Origin: Gemmatimonadales bacterium
GTDB taxonomy: Bacteria; Gemmatimonadota; Gemmatimonadetes; Gemmatimonadales; GWC2-71-9
Direction: 5' to 3'
DNA length: 64,000 bases
Assembly (NCBI GenBank): GCA_035280265.1
Contig: DATEGE010000143.1
Location: forward strand, 2,307 to 66,306
Shown piece after piece: positions 61,829 to 64,000 of this stretch. A program made the translations under genes and the position numbers. The stretch's first letter is position 1. Every line of letters begins with the position of its first letter. The notes below the pieces were generated by a model. That model searched no databases. It saw only the letters and a list, made by a program, of their open reading frames with translations, and had not been told where the DNA came from.

Positions 61829-63219
61829 TCCTGATCCTGATCGGCTGCCTCGTCGCCGCTGCGTTTTGGGCGGTGTGGTTCGCGGTCGGGACGTACGCCG
61901 GCGTGCTGTGGACCCGGCGCGGCCTTCGCATCGCTGTCGTGATCGCCGGGCTCGGCCTGGCGGGATTGTGGGTGCCGCGGGCGCTCGATCTCATGCTGCT
62001 CGCCGACTTGCTGCTGCTCGTCGCCGTGTGGATCGACGCGCGTCGGGCCGCGGTCCCCGGGTCGGCGCAGCTCACGGTGATCCGGGAGGCGCCGCCGGCG
62101 TTCTCCGTGGGCCGATCGGCCGAGGTGACCTACCGGTGGGTGAACACCGGCGGGCGCCGGGCGCGACTGCGGCTGCGCGAGACGCGTCCCGACCTGCTCG
62201 GCGGGACCCAGCCGCCGCGGCGGATCGTGGTCCCCACGCGGGGCGAGGCGCGCGAAACCGTGCCCGTGACCCCGCGGCGACGGGGACGGGAGCGGGCCGG
62301 CGCCTTCGTGGTCGATTCGCACGGCCCCTTCGGCTTGGGCCTGCGGCGCGCCCGGATCGAGCTCCCGTGGGACGCGGCCGTATATCCGCCGCTCGTGTCG
62401 GTGCGGCTGCGGGCGTCGGTCGCGCGGGCGCAGCGGCGTCGCGAGCAGGGGATCACACCGCTACGCCAGATCGGGGAGGGGCGGCTGTTCGAATCGTTGC
62501 GCGAATGGGTGCCGGGGGACGACCCGCGGCACATCGACTGGAAGGCCACGGCGCGCCGCCGCAAGGTGATCACACGCCAGTACGAAGCGGAGCGGCGCCA
62601 GCAGGTGCTGCTGGTCCTCGACACCGGCCGCCTCCTCACCGCTGAGATCGCGGGCGTGTCACGCCTCGACTACGTCGTCCAGGCGGCGCTCGAACTCGCG
62701 TACGCGGCGGCGCAACATGACGACAACGTCGGTGTGATGGCGTTCGCGGACGGCGTGCAGCATTTCGTCCCGCCCCAGCGAGGCCGGCTCGGTGTCAAGC
62801 GTGTGCTCGACGTGCTCGCGGTGGTCGAGCCCACGCTGGTCGAGCCGGACTATCCCGGTGCGTTTCGCTATCTCGCGGCGCGCAATCGCAAACGCGCCCT
62901 CACTGTGTTGTTCACCGACGTGATCGATCGATTCGCGTCGGAGGCCTTGGTCGCGAACATCGCCTCGCTCCGTCCGCGGCATTTGCCGCTCGCCGTCACG
63001 CTCAAGAACCCGGAGCTCGAGCGCGCAGCGGCGCAGCGGCCGGTCGAGGCGCACCAGGCGTTTCGCAAGGCGGCGGCGGAGGAGCTCCTGGGGGCGCGGG
63101 ATCAGGCGCTCGGGCACATGCGGCGGGCGGGGGTGTTGGTGCTGGACGTGCCGCCTGACAAGGCGGCGCAGGCCGTCGTGGCCAAATACCTCGACTTGAA
63201 GCGCCGGGGACGGCTGTAG
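61825..63219 (+). CDS. DUF58 domain protein (MoxR partner, vWA-like)
   Basis: GTGA overlap with moxR. Two N-terminal TMs, ...LREWVPGDDPRHIDWKATARRRKVITRQYEAERRQQVLLVLD... Confidence 0.8.
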   Translation: MILILIGCLVAAAFWAVWFAVGTYAGVLWTRRGLRIAVVIAGLGLAGLWVPRALDLMLLADLLLLVAVWIDARRAAVPGSAQLTVIREAPPAFSVGRSAEVTYRWVNTGGRRARLRLRETRPDLLGGTQPPRRIVVPTRGEARETVPVTPRRRGRERAGAFVVDSHGPFGLGLRRARIELPWDAAVYPPLVSVRLRASVARAQRRREQGITPLRQIGEGRLFESLREWVPGDDPRHIDWKATARRRKVITRQYEAERRQQVLLVLDTGRLLTAEIAGVSRLDYVVQAALELAYAAAQHDDNVGVMAFADGVQHFVPPQRGRLGVKRVLDVLAVVEPTLVEPDYPGAFRYLAARNRKRALTVLFTDVIDRFASEALVANIASLRPRHLPLAVTLKNPELERAAAQRPVEAHQAFRKAAAEELLGARDQALGHMRRAGVLVLDVPPDKAAQAVVAKYLDLKRRGRL

Positions 63220-63287
63220 CCGAGGAAATCAGGGCGTCCGGAGCCGGCCGTTATTAAATTGACCCCACCTTCGCCGGACTCGAGCGC

Positions 63288-64000
63288 ATGCACTGCAGTC
63301 GCGGCCTGGCCGCCCTGGTACTGCCGTTCACGCTTGTAACGGTCACGACCTGCGTTTTTCCCACTGAGCACGACGCCGCTGTGCACGTCAGCATCCGGCC
63401 GCTCCGGATTCTGCTGCGCGGCAGCGACTCGACCGCCAAGGCGACGGCTTGGCAGATCGTCGCTCCAGGCGACTCTCAGAAGCTCCTCAACGTGGCGTTC
63501 GTCTGGACGAGCAGCAATGCCTCCGTCGCCACGGTCAACCAAGCGGGGCATATCGTGGGCGTCAACTCGGGAACCGCGATCATCCGCGCGGCGGCGAGGA
63601 ACTTTGACGCTGGGGCGCTGCCGGGCGTGGACACGCTGCGCGTATCCGCTCCGCTCGAGGTCGACAGTGTGCGCCCCAAGCTCGTGAGGTACGGAGAGCG
63701 GGTGACGATCTACGGCGTCGGCGTGGATTCCATCTTCTCGGCATCGCTGGCCGGCGCGAGCCTGATTCACGTGCCGTTCTCGGACACGGTGTTCCACGTC
63801 GGCACGGCCCGGACCCGGTACTGGGTGCCGCCGCCCGCGACGACCGACTCTCTCTTCTTCCTGGGGTTCTCTGGGGGCCAGGGGGTGTTCGGCTTCGTTC
63901 ACGGCGACACGACGCACGTGATCGAGCGCGACATCTACGAGCCGGACGACACGGTTCCCGCCGCCGTCGACCTCGACGCCGCGCGACCGTTTCCCAATAC
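63288..64000 (+). CDS. lipoprotein with bacterial Ig-like (Big_2-type) and IPT/TIG-like domains, 3' end outside the window
   Basis: Own translation: MHCSRGLAALVLPFTLVTVTTC (lipobox-like), ...VWTSSNASVATVNQAGHIVGVNSGTAIIRAAA (Big_2 hallmark). Not in the ORF track because it is truncated. Confidence 0.6.
   Translation, partial: MHCSRGLAALVLPFTLVTVTTCVFPTEHDAAVHVSIRPLRILLRGSDSTAKATAWQIVAPGDSQKLLNVAFVWTSSNASVATVNQAGHIVGVNSGTAIIRAAARNFDAGALPGVDTLRVSAPLEVDSVRPKLVRYGERVTIYGVGVDSIFSASLAGASLIHVPFSDTVFHVGTARTRYWVPPPATTDSLFFLGFSGGQGVFGFVHGDTTHVIERDIYEPDDTVPAAVDLDAARPFPN

Overview
This is a 64-kb, visibly very GC-rich chromosomal segment from a diderm bacterium. The gene content and repeat style look Gemmatimonadota-like, but that is only an inference. 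All calls rest on reading the ORF track and sequence and on motif recall. No database search was run.

I support about 60 protein-coding genes. I found no rRNA, tRNA, CRISPR array, transposase or integrase. Genes are tightly packed, and many junctions are 4-nt ATGA or GTGA stop/start overlaps. The long antisense ORFs in the track are GC artefacts.

Housekeeping content:
- tyrS, class A PBP, argR, argG-argH
- HNH endonuclease, mpg
- tdh-kbl, YrhE/FdhA-like molybdoenzyme
- CDF transporter, RlmI-like methyltransferase
- aroH, thiE, mltG, ruvX, rho, M50 protease

Accessory and unusual content:
1. A roughly 10.5-kb, nine-gene minus-strand operon (13874..24411) encodes mostly exported enzymes for an oxidative (3-keto) glycoside pathway: GMC flavoprotein plus small Tat subunit, Gfo/Idh/MocA, DUF1080, two TIM-barrel isomerase/lyase-like proteins, GH20 and DPP-IV. 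It ends in an exported BCP-type peroxiredoxin whose peroxidatic Cys codon is an in-frame TGA followed by a SECIS-like hairpin. This is a candidate selenoprotein. ccdA and tlpA lie directly adjacent.
2. A second DUF1080 / NupG-like / Gfo module sits behind argR.
3. An HK / sigma54-RR / bactofilin-Omp85 chimera / DUF4390 operon.
4. An uncharacterised MoxR-DUF58-DUF4350-DUF4129 module with an RDD-SpoIIM fusion and two paralogous membrane proteins, preceded by a free-standing 63-aa HisKA (DHp-only) protein.
5. A pervasive class of 'word hairpins': arms built from 3-4 tandem copies of a 7-10 nt word and its complement. It includes a GTCCGACN octamer array that recurs at five loci in frame inside coding sequences.
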